In this document: piece after piece, positions 41,560 through 53,648 of the stretch
Position numbering within the stretch: the first letter of the stretch is position 1
Layout: every line of letters begins with the position of its first letter
Origin: Zygnema circumcarinatum SAG 698-1b
Lineage: Eukaryota > Plantae > Zygnematophyceae
NCBI GenBank assembly: GCA_037447605.1
Contig: CM074813.1
Span: forward strand, 2,542,001 to 2,606,000
Length of the DNA stretch: 64,000 bases
Direction: 5' to 3'
The notes under the pieces: model-generated
Told to the model about the DNA's origin: nothing
The model's database searches: none
The model's input: the letters and a program-made list of their open reading frames with translations, nothing else
Program-made: the position numbers and the translations under genes

Positions 41560-44500
41560 ATGAGCAAGATGAAGCGGCTGTTCAGCCACTCGGCCTCGCT
41601 GAAGTCGAGGGCGCCGGTTGGCCCCAGTGACTACGTGCATTTGGCAGCCGCGAAGCTCGCAGCCGTCATCTCCAATAAGGACCCCAAGGAGCAGGCCAAG
41701 GTCTCTCTCTCCCCCTCTCTCTCTCTCTCTCTCTCCCTCTCTCCTTCGCCCCCATCTCTCGGCGTTATCGCTTCACAGGAGAATGCTAAGTACACATGAA
41801 CCCCTATTCCATGAAATGACATGTATTGAGTATATCAATGATCATTATTTTTTTTTCTCCGGGCAGGCGGTGGAAGATTTGGCCAAGAGCATTCGTGATA
41901 TCAAGGAAATTCTGTACGGCGACCCGGAAAAATTTCCGAATCCAGACCTCGGGGTGCAGGTCACGCAAGCCATCTTCATGGGAGAGTTCTTCAGCCAACT
42001 TGTAAAGGCAGTACCGATACTTGACTTTGATGTATGTCTCTCTCACTCTCTCCCCCTCTCTTTGTCAGACTCATTGCTGTCTTGCTTCCACCTCTCACTT
42101 GCTCCTTGACTCCCTATTCCCTCGATTTGCAGCTTCCTCCTATCTCCCTCCTCCGCTCCCTCATTTCCTTTCCTCGACTTGTCACTTTCTTTCCCTTCTT
42201 CCGTCTACTTTCGCCCCTTTCCTTCTTCCTTCCATTTCACAGTGCTTACCTCCTTTTCCCGCCTCTCTCTTTCACTCACTGGCTCCCCCCCCCCCCCTCC
42301 CCTCTTCTCCTGCCTTCTTTCGAAATTTACAAATCTTACGGCCTTCTTCTCTGGGAATGTGGCGTTTGTTTGTTTTGTTCTTTTCCCCCGCAGACAAGAA
42401 AAGATGTATCGCAAATAGTCGCCAATTTGCAGCGCCAAAAAGTAAATAATGAAATGGTTGCTTCAGATTATTTGGAGGCCCACACGGACCTGCTAGACCT
42501 CATGATTAAAGGGTGAGGATGGAAATAAGAATTAAGTGAAAAGGAGGGTGTGGAAGCCCGGGGGAGGGAGTGGAATTCCAACCCTAGGTCTTAAATTTTG
42601 ACGTAGACATTAAAATCCGGAAACATGCAAAATGGTTATGATTTTTACCGAAATCAAACTTATGACGACCTGAAGTCTCTGTAACTCCTTAAGTCCCTAT
42701 AGGATCACAGTTTGTGGAAAATCTGAATGCCAAAAGGAAGTACCGTAGAGAAAAAGTGGAAAATACTGAATAGAGAATCTGAAAATGTGAACTGTAGGGT
42801 CCCTAAGTTTTTGTGACCTTAGAGCTGCAAATTCAGAAGTCACACATGTGTCCTCCTAGTTTAGTTTCACGGATGTTCGTTCAGTTGTGACATCATTGAA
42901 AGTAGTTTCTAGAGTTGGGTGAGTTCAGGTATGAAAATCAGAGCAACGAACTGTTCTATGGTTCTATGTTGAGGGATTGTATTCGACACCAGGCGGTAGC
43001 GAAGTGAGTCTCTCCCTCTCCCTCTCCTTCTCTCTCTCCCTCTCCCTCTCCCTCTCCCTCTTCCTTTCCCTCTCCCTCTCCCTCTTCCTTTCCCTCTCCC
43101 TCTCTCCGTTCCCTTTCTCCCTCTCCCTCTCCCGTGTCCCCTCTCTCTCCCCCTTAGCGGCTCCCATCTCCTGCTCCTCCCGTCCCCTCCCAGGTCCTCT
43201 TGCCTCTTTCTTTCTCTCTTTCCCTCCCCTCACTGTCTCTCCGTTCCTCCCACAATGTGGTTGTTCTGTACACGTTTCATAACCTATTCCATATACCCCA
43301 TATATTCCCTATATTCCATGTATCCCATACATCCCTGTGCATGTGAAAAGCAAACCCGCGTTGAGTGGGCGTTGGGCCTTACATTGGGGGATGTAGTCGC
43401 GGGGGGAGCGCTTTGGGGCAGATACATTTTGTCCTGCCCTCTCTTCCCGAACTTTTTCAAGTACATGGAGGTGCCCAGCTTTGAAGTTGCTTCCGATGTT
43501 GCCACCACTTTTCATGTACGATTGCGACAGTGACTGTGTGAAAAATAATAACTTTATGTTTATGTGTTGTATAGGGCCATATGTTGTCTACATATGTTGT
43601 TACGTTTGAACGTGTATGCATGTGTAGTTTTAATGTACTTTTTCACGTACTTAAACGTTTATGAGTATGCATTTGTACGTGTATATGAATCATGTTTGTT
43701 CGGTTTAACGCACCTTCGAGACCACCCGCTATTGTCTTTTTTTAAATGCAGTAAAGTAAAATTATGGTTTTGCGGTTTTTCAACAAACCTTCCTCCAAAC
43801 CATTGGACACAAGATAAAGTCTGAAAGTGGAAATTGAAAGGCACTTCATGTCAAAATTGATGCTAAAACTGGAAACTGTGTTCACATGTGAACAGGAGCT
43901 GCTGACGAGACATAAATCAACGGTGGCGGAGTTTCTCAAGCGAAAATATGACTCGGTACAGATTCCCCAAATATTTGAAAAGCACTAAAACTTCAGATAA
44001 CTTCCTTCTGTAAGCGAACCAAAAAAGTTAAAGGAGGTTACTGTTCAAGGAATCATGTTTCAGCCATTGAAGTATTTAGACCTCAGAGATGCTTTGAAAA
44101 TTTTGGGATTTGAGAATTTCTCACCTTCACAAGGCTGTTGTTGCTGTTTGCATTTGTACTTCGGAAGTAGCCGAATTTCCAAAAAAAATCGGGCCGTCTG
44201 CCCGAACCTGCGAAACATTTTTTGAGCAGCAGAAACAATTTCCTCTTTACAGAAAAGTCTTTTTTTGCAGTTTTTTGAGGAATACAACAAACTGTTGGAA
44301 TCTTCCACATACATCACTCGTAGGATGGCCATCAAGGTGCCAACTTTACTCCTAGAATTCAACTTTTGCTTGTAATTACAGCTACCTAACTTGGAACAGA
44401 TTAGGGTTGGAGGGGTGAGAGGGCCACAGAGAGGCCTCTCTGACCGCTCCCCTCTCCCTCCTCTCTCCTTTCTGCTCTCTCGTTCTCTTTCACTCTCTCG

Positions 44501-46369
44501 CTGTCTGTCTCCTCCCTCGTCCCTTTCCCTTTTTCTACCTCTTCCCTCCTCTCTCTAACTCTATCTCCTATCTCTCTCTCCCTCCCCTCCTGCTTTCGCC
44601 CCCACACTCGTCGTCCCTCTCCGTCTTCTCCCTTGTCCATTTCCCCATCCTACTGTGTTTTTCTTCCTCCCTCCCTTTCTCTTGTGTCACTCCCCTCCAC
44701 TGGCTCTGCCATCGCACTCTCCCCTTCCTTTTCTTCCCTGCTCTCCCTATTGCCCTCTCTCCCCGCCGTCTCTCCCACTCTCCTTCCCACCCTCTCCCCT
44801 CCTCTCTCTTCCCTCTCTTCTTCTCCTGGCTTCCCTCGCTCGTCCCCCATCTCTCTCTCTCTCCCCCCCCGCTTCCCCTCTCTCCTCCCTCCCTCCCTCC
44901 CTCCCTCCCTCCTCCCTCCCTCCTCCCTCCCTCCCTCCCTCCCTCCCTCCCTCCCTCCCTCCCTCCCTCCCTCCCTCCCTCCCTCCCTCCCTCCCTCCCT
45001 CCCTCCCTCCCTCCCTCTCCCTCTCCATCTCCCTCTCCCTCCCTCTCCCGCCCACTCCCTCTCCTCCCTGACGAGTGGGAGAGGGAGAGGGAGACGGTGG
45101 TGTAGATGCTGGGAGACATCCTGTTGGAGCGGAGCAATGCGGCTTCCCTGAAGCGGTACACCGCCAGCATGGCGAACCTCAAGATCGTCATGAACCTTCT
45201 CAAGGTGGGCCTGCAAACTCTCATTCTCTAAAACCCTCAACCCTAAGCCCTGAACTATAAACGATTGGCTCGTAATAAGCGCATCCCATGGTAGCAATCT
45301 CTTTGATTATCTGTCCCCAATCTTTTTCTGTAACATATTCATGTTGCCTTTCCTTTGGTTTTACAATTTTTGGTTCTTGATTTTTTTCTTTTTTTAATAT
45401 TGTCTTTTGAGGGGTGATAACAGGAGCCCAACAAGTCTATCCAAGTGGAAGCGCTGCGTATGTTCAAGGTGCCGAGTTCGAACCATCTCAATACTGCATT
45501 TGTACCCAATCGGAATTCTCATCTGCATTTCAAATCTCAAAGGGATAAGTTTGGAAATCGGGAAAAATCTAAAATTTTAAAATCTGGAATTCTTTTATAG
45601 GCTGCTTACTACTCAGGATTACCCATTCTTTTTTGAACCTCAAAGTTCTTTTTTAAAAAAATTAGTAGAATTGTGAGACCTTAAAGCCCAAAATTGTCAA
45701 TTTGAATGGTTCGAATCTAATCTAAAATGATAAATGGGCTATTCCTTGGCTTTGTTTTGGAACGCAGGCATTTGTGACACAGGATGAGCCGCCAATGGAA
45801 ATAACGGGAGTGCTGTTTTCGAACAAGGAAAAACTTATTCGATTTTTGACAGAGTTTAAGCTCGAAAAAGGTGTGTTCGCCGCTACACCTGAAAAACTGG
45901 AAACCAGAAAACGGAAACCTTTATTTTCTTGGCCCTCTGCTTATCTCATATGTGCCGTTCAGGCTCATGTCTCCCTCCTCTCCCTCGCCCTTCACTCCCT
46001 CCATTGCTCTCTCTCGCCCTCTCTCACCGCCTCTCTCACTCTCTCCCATCGCCCTCCTTTCTCCCATCTCCTTCCCTTTGTCATTCACTCTTTTCGGTGC
46101 TATCCAACTCTCACACCCTTCCTTCCCTCTCTCTCTCTCTCACTCCCTTTCCCTGGTCTTCTCGCCTCCTACCCCCACTTTCCTCTCTCCCTCACCCGCA
46201 CCCAGAGGGAGAAACCAGACGAGGATATATCTCCGTACCCTCCTTAACTTCGGTTTTTTTTTCCTTTCCATCGGAGTGCGCAGAAGATGAAAAGTTTAAC
46301 GTAGAAAAAGCGGAAATTCTTCAAAGTGTCATGGAAGTTCAGGCTCCGCGAATTTCTGCGACGAGCTAA
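41560..46369 (+). CDS. MO25: MO25/CAB39-like scaffold protein, 10 exons
   Basis: [103 protein letters not shown] and [12 protein letters not shown]. Confidence 0.93.
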
Positions 46370-46793
46370 CACGCAAGGAGCTTGCCGTTCCGTGGCTCCA
46401 TGTTCCATGTGAAAGAGCAGTTTAACAGAACGGCAGATTTTCCTTGATGATATATGCAAGTATCGTCTGTAATATTTTTTGGGATGCTCACAAAAATGTT
46501 GCATAGATCGTTAATTCCGTTACGTTTCCGTTTAATCAAGAGATGCCCTAAATCTCCGTTATTCCAATCCTCTTTCCGTTCCGGTTCCAATGAAGGGTTC
46601 CGTGTGGAGAAGGATCGAGGATTTTGTCTTTTTTTTTTGTTAGCATTTTTCTGATCTGTATACTGATTTCCTCAAATAATGCGTTTTGTCCTCCATGGAA
46701 ATTCATTCTCTTCTTATTTATTTATTTATTTATTAATTTTCAGTTTACCAGCTGGAAGAAATTCTTTCGTGGTCTTGATTTGCGAGTTCTGTT

Positions 46794-47003
46794 CAATAGG
46801 GGGGGGGCAGACTTAATATTGGCCAAATCAATATAGTAAGCCTGTCGGGCGAATTAAGCGTTGGCTAGGTACGCAATTCGGTACGGCTGGGTTCGGCGGA
46901 GCCGCAGATCTCGACCCGGAATTCGTACACGAAACTTTGACTTTTAGTATACTAATTTCGGGAATTTAGTACGCTCCGGGCTAAGTCTGGATCCCCCCTA
47001 ATG
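46794..47003. mobile_element. MITE-like element, about 210 bp, same family as the host element at 22952-23503
   Basis: Ends caataggggggggg-cagacttaa and taagtctggatcccccctaatg. Internal matches (cggcggag, aaacttt, atttcg) are colinear with the reverse complement of 23372-23503. Confidence 0.65.
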
Positions 47004-47862
47004 TACAATGCTGAATCACAACAACTTGATTGCACAATGTGAACAAAGAGCTTGTAAATATCAACAGTTTCACCCTATTTTCGGGTGCGAATTATGGCCA
47101 CAACGGCAAGGCTTTCAAAATGAAATGTCAGAAAAAAAGCTTTCCTTTTTGCTTACCTGAAATCTGACTTCAGTGCTCCAAAGGTTCTTTAGAACATTCT
47201 TGCGGTCCACACCAAGGAGAATCAAACCGGTTTGAAGCGACAAACTGAAAACCAAAAACTGAAAACTGAAAACCAAAAACCGGGTTCGCCATTTTAAGCG
47301 CGGGCCGCTCTAAAGGCGACGAAATGCTCCGGCGCACCGACAAATAAAAAACTGCCCCGAAAATATTCAGACCTGCCCGTTTTGCTGCCTGAAGGCGTAC
47401 TTTGCGTTCCCCTGATATTTTTTCAGTGAAGTCGAAGCCAATGAACGGACGTGCCGACCACCTGCCCGAAGGCCAAAAGGTTTCCAGTCAGTTCCAAATT
47501 TCCCGCCCCCCTCGTGCGAGCTGACGGTGGAGACTAAAGAAATCGATACTTGGTCGAGGTTGCCACGCGGCGGGTTCCGGTGCTGCCACGTGGCACCGTC
47601 TGGGTTTCAGGCAAGTGTCCCAGGCACAGCGCTTGCCAGTTGGCAGTGTCCACGTGGCGGTGCTTGCTTCACAGGCTGCCAGCTGTCGCACTGTGGCGTT
47701 GCCTCCCTCACTTCTGTCCCCCCTCCCCCGTTGTATTTTTTTTTTCCTCTCTTTTTAACTTTACATTCTCTCGCATGATTCAAGCGGACCGCTTGCGGGG
47801 TGTGTGGGTGTTCAGGGCTCAGCATTTAGGGTTTAGGGTTTAGGTTTAAGAGCATTGGAGCC

Positions 47863-49439
47863 ATGGCTTCGGCGTTTGCGAAGTTCTGGAACAGTCCGGT
47901 CGGTCCAAAAACTTCGCACTTTTGGGGTCCCATGGCGAACTGGGGCTTTGTTGTGGCGGTAACTTCTGAATCCCTAAACTTTGAGATTTTGAGCTAAACT
48001 GAACTAAACTATGGCGCCTTCAAACTCTAAAGACCTCAAATTTTCACCTAAAAACCCTAAAAACCCTAAAAACCCTCAAACCCGTGAAGTTTCATATACC
48101 TAAGACACGAAACCCTAATTCACGAACACCTTAAAAGCTCACACAGCACCTGAAACCTTATAAACCCGCGGATGGACTCCAGAAGGCTGAAAGTCTACAA
48201 TGGAAAAAATGCGAGAACGCTCTAACCCTAAATTTTGTCTCAAAAGCGTACAAGTTCGCAGATTTGGAAAGGTTGAAACCCTTATTTCTAAATACTTGAG
48301 CTGCATAGTAGAGGCTCTTGTTCCTTTCTTCCAGGAAGTTTGAAATGCTTAGAATGAGAAATTATGGCACCACATCTCCAATGATTGCAAATGAAAAGGG
48401 GACCCTTATTTGGATAAACCCGCCCTTTAACTATGTGGAATGAATTGTTTGATTTCTCTTCTCGTTTCCATTTTATTAATTTTTTGGTTAGGAGAGGTGG
48501 GTGTTGTGAATAGGGTTTAGTCGACATGCAGAAGCCGGTGGATATGATCTCTCCAAAAATGACTGGAAGTAAGTCAAAACAAAGGCCAGAAGAGACGATT
48601 CTGTTCTGATTGTCCTCTCTTTCTGCTATTGTTAGCCTTTCAGGATTTGCTGAAGACATTTGAATTGACTTGGGTTGACTTAGATTGACTTGAATTGACT
48701 TGGTTGACCCGAACTGACTAAGATTGACTTGAGCTGACTTGGTTGACTTGGCTGGCGGCAGCCATGTGCGTGTACTCGGCGCTGTTCATGCGCTTCGCGT
48801 GGGCGGTGCAGCCGCGGAACTACCTCCTCCTCTCCTGCCACACCGCCAACGAGACCGTGCAGCTCTACCAGCTCAGCCGCTGGGCACTGCACGAGTGAGC
48901 CTCTCTCTCTCCCTTTCTCTCTCTCTCCCTTTCTCTCTCTCTCTCCCTCTCTCCCTCTCTCTCTCTCTCCCTCTCTCTCCCCCTTTCTCCCTCTCTCTCC
49001 CTCTCTCTCTCGCCCCCTCTCTCTCTCTCCCTCTCTCTCCCTCTCTTTCCCTCCCCCTCTCTCCCTTTCTCTCTCTCCCTCTCTCTCTCTCCCTCCTCTC
49101 TCCCTCTCTCTCCCTCTCTCTCCCTCTCCCTCTCTCCCACTCTCCCCCCTCTCCCTCTCTCTTCCTCTCTCTCTCGCCCTCTCCCTCTCTCTCCCTCTCT
49201 TTCCCTCCCCCTCTCTCCCATTCTCTCTCTCCCTCTCTCTCTCTCGCCCTCCCGCTCTCTCCCTCTCCCTCTCTCTCCCTCTTTCTCCCTCTCTCCCTCG
49301 TCCTGGTTATCCTTTCTCCCCTCTGTTTGGCCCTCTTCTCCCTTTCTCTCGCTGCCCTTTCCGCCATAGCCTAACTGCGCTCACTGTGGCCCAATCTTGC
49401 AGGGAACCCAAAGCGGTCGCCGCCCTGGAAACTGAGTGA
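47863..49439 (+). CDS. MPC1: Mitochondrial pyruvate carrier 1, 4 exons
   Basis: FWNSPVGPKTSHFWGPMANWGFVVAGLVDMQKPVDMISPKMTGTMCVYSALFMRFAWAVQPRNYLLLSCHTANETVQLYQLSRW. Confidence 0.95.
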
Positions 49440-50811
49440 AGCCGCATTGGGTTCAGTTAGCGATTCCGTTGCGAATCCGTTGGGAAATCCGTGGCACAAC
49501 TGCAGTTTTACGGTTTCTGGCCGTTCTATCTCGATGATATGGTTAAAATTGAGGATTATATTTGAGCTTCCACGAAACATGAGATTGGCGCATGGAGCCA
49601 ATCAGCCTCTATCGTTGGCCCATTTAGAGGCAATGCAGATTTTTTCTCTTCTTTCCCGTTTTTTTTTTTCGTTTTTTCTTAAATAAAGTGAAATGTTCAA
49701 GTTCGCGGTGATGAATGAGTTTTTTCAGTGCACATTTTGGGTTCCAGAAGTGCCCATTCGGACCAGTTTGCAAGCCAGAAACAGGTTGTGAAACAAACCT
49801 GGATCGAGATTTGAACCTAAGTTTCCTTACAAAACCGATTTCACTACAGAAAACCTTTACTGGAATTCTTCTTGCAAAGCCCAACTATGGGGAGGCGTCG
49901 AAAACACCGACTGCAAGGAAAAAAAAAGAAAATTAAAAACAAAAGCTTTTTTGCTTGTTCCCTTTCAATGGCGGGGGCGGCATTCCGTCCATCAAATGCT
50001 GGACCCTGACTCCATGGAATGACTAACTAACTTAAGTGGCCTTGACTAACTAAAGAGGTGGGAAAGCCTCCTGATTACAATTGGTCATTGGTCATGACCA
50101 CATACTAGATTCAAGGCATTAGTCTCTGTCGTTTTCCGCCCCCCGTAACGGTAACAACCAGGGCGTACGAATTTGTACGGCACGGAGGGTCACCGACCAG
50201 GGACCGTTGGGGTCCCTCCGTGCCCGTCACTGCGGCGCCCTGGGGACCACAGGGTCCCTCGTAGGGCGACAAATTGCTCGCCTCGATTTGGCTCGGCCCG
50301 AGTCGGCTCGCCCGCTGGCTGGCGCGCCTGAGCCAAAGTGACTCACGAGTGCGAGCCAGACTGCCTCGCCGCCGCCTCCGTTTCTCTCAGCGCGGGGCCG
50401 GAGCCGACTCGGCGGCGGGCCCTGCCTCCCTCCCGACCTCGCGCGGGCGATGATGGGTGGCATGGCCCAAACCGGACCCATGGCATGTGCGAGGCATGGC
50501 ATGGCATGGCATGGCATGGCATGGCATGGCATGGCATGCCCGAAGTCAACAGCGCCACACGGCCCGCTTTGTGGGCCGGCCCCTCATTGGCTGCCGCTGT
50601 GGAAAAAAACAACAGTTTCCACCAATGGAGAGGCGTCTACGCGTGTAAAAGGTTTCTTCCCCTGCCCGTCTCCGGCTGCGTTTTAGGGTTCCCTATGCTC
50701 TTGCTGTCCGCGCTCCCTTCCTCACATGCGTCTCCCTCTCCCTCTCCCTCTCCCTCTACCTCTACCTCTACCTCTACCTTTCAGTACCCCTCCCTCTCCC
50801 TCCCTCTCTCC

Positions 50812-51702
50812 ATGTCCCACCCTCTGTCTCTCTCTCGTCCTCTCGTCTTCCTCCTCCTCGTCCTCCTCTCTCCCTCTCCCACCGCCCTCTCTCGCGTCCT
50901 CCCGGACTCCAATGTCCGGCGCGCTTCCCCGTCCGCCATAGCCCGCGCGTACGACAAGTGCGCCGTGGAGAGCTGGCCCTTCTGCATGGCCGACTGCCCC
51001 TCCGAGGAGACCCCCCCGGAGGTCGTGATGGGGCGGAGCTACGGGGGACACATGGGGCAGTTTCTGGCGAGTCCGTTGGAGGAACGGAACGGAACTACGG
51101 CGGCTACATGCTGCCGTGCCTGCACGGAGTACAATCAGCATCACTTTGGAGATATTTTTGGCTATATTTGCGATTATTGGAGCTGGGGGATGGCTTCAGG
51201 TGGGAGTAGGTGGTTATTTTTGTTGGGTTTTTGTAGTCCTTTAAGAAGAGTTTCTTCGGTTTTCAGTTTTGCAGAACTTTAGGGTTTGTGGGATCTTAGG
51301 GTTCACGGCTTTAAGGGTTCAGAGTTTGCGCCTATTAAAGTTTTTAGGATAAAATCCCAACTGTGAAGCATGGTTCCTTCACGGTATTACATTTGCATTA
51401 ATTCCTGCATGACATTTGTCTTTAAAGAGTTTTAAGTCTAAGGCTTAGGCGAGCTCAGGTATTTTATGGTCGCTGGATAACCAGATAATATAATAGGGAT
51501 GATTTAGTACATATCCTCCCTTCTCTCCCCCCTCTCTCTCTTTCTGTTATTTAACTATCGAAGTTGATTTTCGCTGTTTAATTGTGCAGGTAAATGCTAT
51601 TTGTACGACAGAGCGTTGATCTGTCGCTCTCCCGCCCACCTCATTTTGGAGGTCTTCAACACAACTCGGGAGGACATCATCTCCTTCCCCGCGGCCTGCT
51701 GA
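50812..51702 (+). CDS. Small secreted Cys-rich protein with a single PAN/apple-like module, 2 exons (50812-51199, 51590-51702)
   Basis: Signal-like LVFLLLVLLSPSPTALS, then AATCCRACTEY...CDYWSWGMASG|KCYLY, joined across a phase-1 GT-AG intron; ends AAC*. Confidence 0.65.
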
Positions 51703-53648
51703 GAATGCGGCCAGCGCTTCCATGTGCCTTTGAAGTCCGTTCAGTTTGGGAAAACTGAAGCAAAGAATCAGTGGCAGTGCGAATGGAAATAACGGGCCTC
51801 CATTGTGACGGGGAGATTTTGATAACGAGGTTGGGAGAAGAAGCAGAGAATATTTATGTGTTGAATATTAGGCAGTAAATTAGCTTACGTAGCTTGAAAC
51901 TAGCTAAGATTCATTGACTCCCTTCTCCCTACATCGTCGTCATACCTCTCTCCCTCGTCCTCACTCTCTTTGCTTCTCATTTATCGCTCTCCCTTTGTCC
52001 TTGATCCATTTTATCACGCCTCCGCCTCCCCTTCCCCACTCTCAGTGAGGAGGGTCTTCTTAAGGCGAGCGCTTTACATGAGCGAGATTAAGCGGTTTTG
52101 ACTGCATATTTTAGGAAGAGGACGATATCAAGCATCGCAAGGCTGACCCTGCGCTAGTTTATATGAACCTTTCTGTAAAGTTATACTTGTATGCTGTTTG
52201 GTAAAGGCATTGGACGTTTGGAGGACGTTTTTAGTCAGAAAATAAGTAGGAATTTGACGAAGAAGAGTCGTGGTTTGTAGGAGCTGAGCGTTATCTTTAA
52301 TGGAGCGGTTCACCACCTTGTTTGTGCGCACTATTTGAATAAAACAGTGTCAATTTCTTGGCGTGTTCTTCCATGGCCCATTCAGCCAAACCGCCGACCT
52401 GGTTCGCTGGGCGAAGCGGGGACTGCCTCCGCCTCGTTGAACCCACTGACTGCATCACACAAGCAAATGGTTGCAACGGTTGGCGGACCAAGCCAACCGT
52501 CGACACTGCCAACCATTGGCAAACAGCGACCAGCGGTGTACGAAATCCGTTCTGTATCGGAAATGAGATTATCTGGATCTGGAACTAGAACTGGAACTGT
52601 GCCACAGAAGCGCAGATGGGCCGCGTTTACCGTATAGCACTTTGCAATCGCCACTTATACACACTCACGACAAAACGTCGCGGCACGGGGAAGCGCCACG
52701 TGGTGTACTGACATTCGCTGGCGTCATCACCGCGTCAGCCCATTGGCCACCGACCTATCTATGGAGCCACTCGCAAACTGACAAATTAAGGCCTCTAGCC
52801 TTACCGTACTTTGTACAGTACGGCAACCGCCTGCAGTAATGGAAGGTTACGGGAAAAGTTGAGCCCATCATTGCCTCTGAGCTGGTTCGTACATATGACA
52901 CTCTGTTCGTACAGTTTTGACTGTCCAATTCTGTACGAATCATACGAAATGTCCTTCAGTGATGTACTGCATTCACTGGACCGTACACACTCGCTCAGAT
53001 AAACGGAACATTGTTCGCGTTTTGTCGTTTCCTGTCAGTGTACAGATCCATACGGCACTGCACTTTCGTACAGTACCGTGCAATGCTGGATGTACGGACG
53101 TGCTGGTACTGAACCGCCCATTTTTTGCAGTTTTGAAGTTGGACAGAGAAGAAGGAGAAGAGAAAAGTAAGGGGTTAGGTCAACTCCCCGAGTTTGAAAG
53201 AAAAATTTGGAGAGAGAGAGAGGGAGAGAGAGAGAGAGGGAGAGAGAGAGAAGGGGAGAGGGAGAGAGAGGGAGAGGAGGGAGAGAGGGTTCTGGAAGAA
53301 ACGAAGAGAGAGAAGAAATAGATGGGACCACTTTCTTGGTTGCGCGGGGGCGGGATTTGAGCGGAGAGGGTTGAGGGCTGCGGAAGGCGGAGGGGCGACT
53401 GGCGCTGACTGGGATGCGGGCCCTTGAACACTGAAGCTGAGAGAGAGGGAAGGGGGGAGGGGAGAGAGAGCGAGAGAGAGAGACGAGAGAGTGAAAAAGA
53501 CAGGAGGGCGTGAGACAGGGAGAGAGAGAGAGACAGGTAGTGAGAGTGGAGAGGGAGAACGAGGGAGAGAGAGAGAGAGAGGGGGGGAGAGAGAGAGCGA
53601 AAGAGGGAGAGAGACATCGAAAGAGGGAGAGAGAGAGAGAGAGCAATC

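Noticed and set aside
45106-45204. MO25 lacks the Phe equivalent to human F243
   Set aside because: As I recall, land-plant MO25 proteins also lack it, so it is not distinctive.
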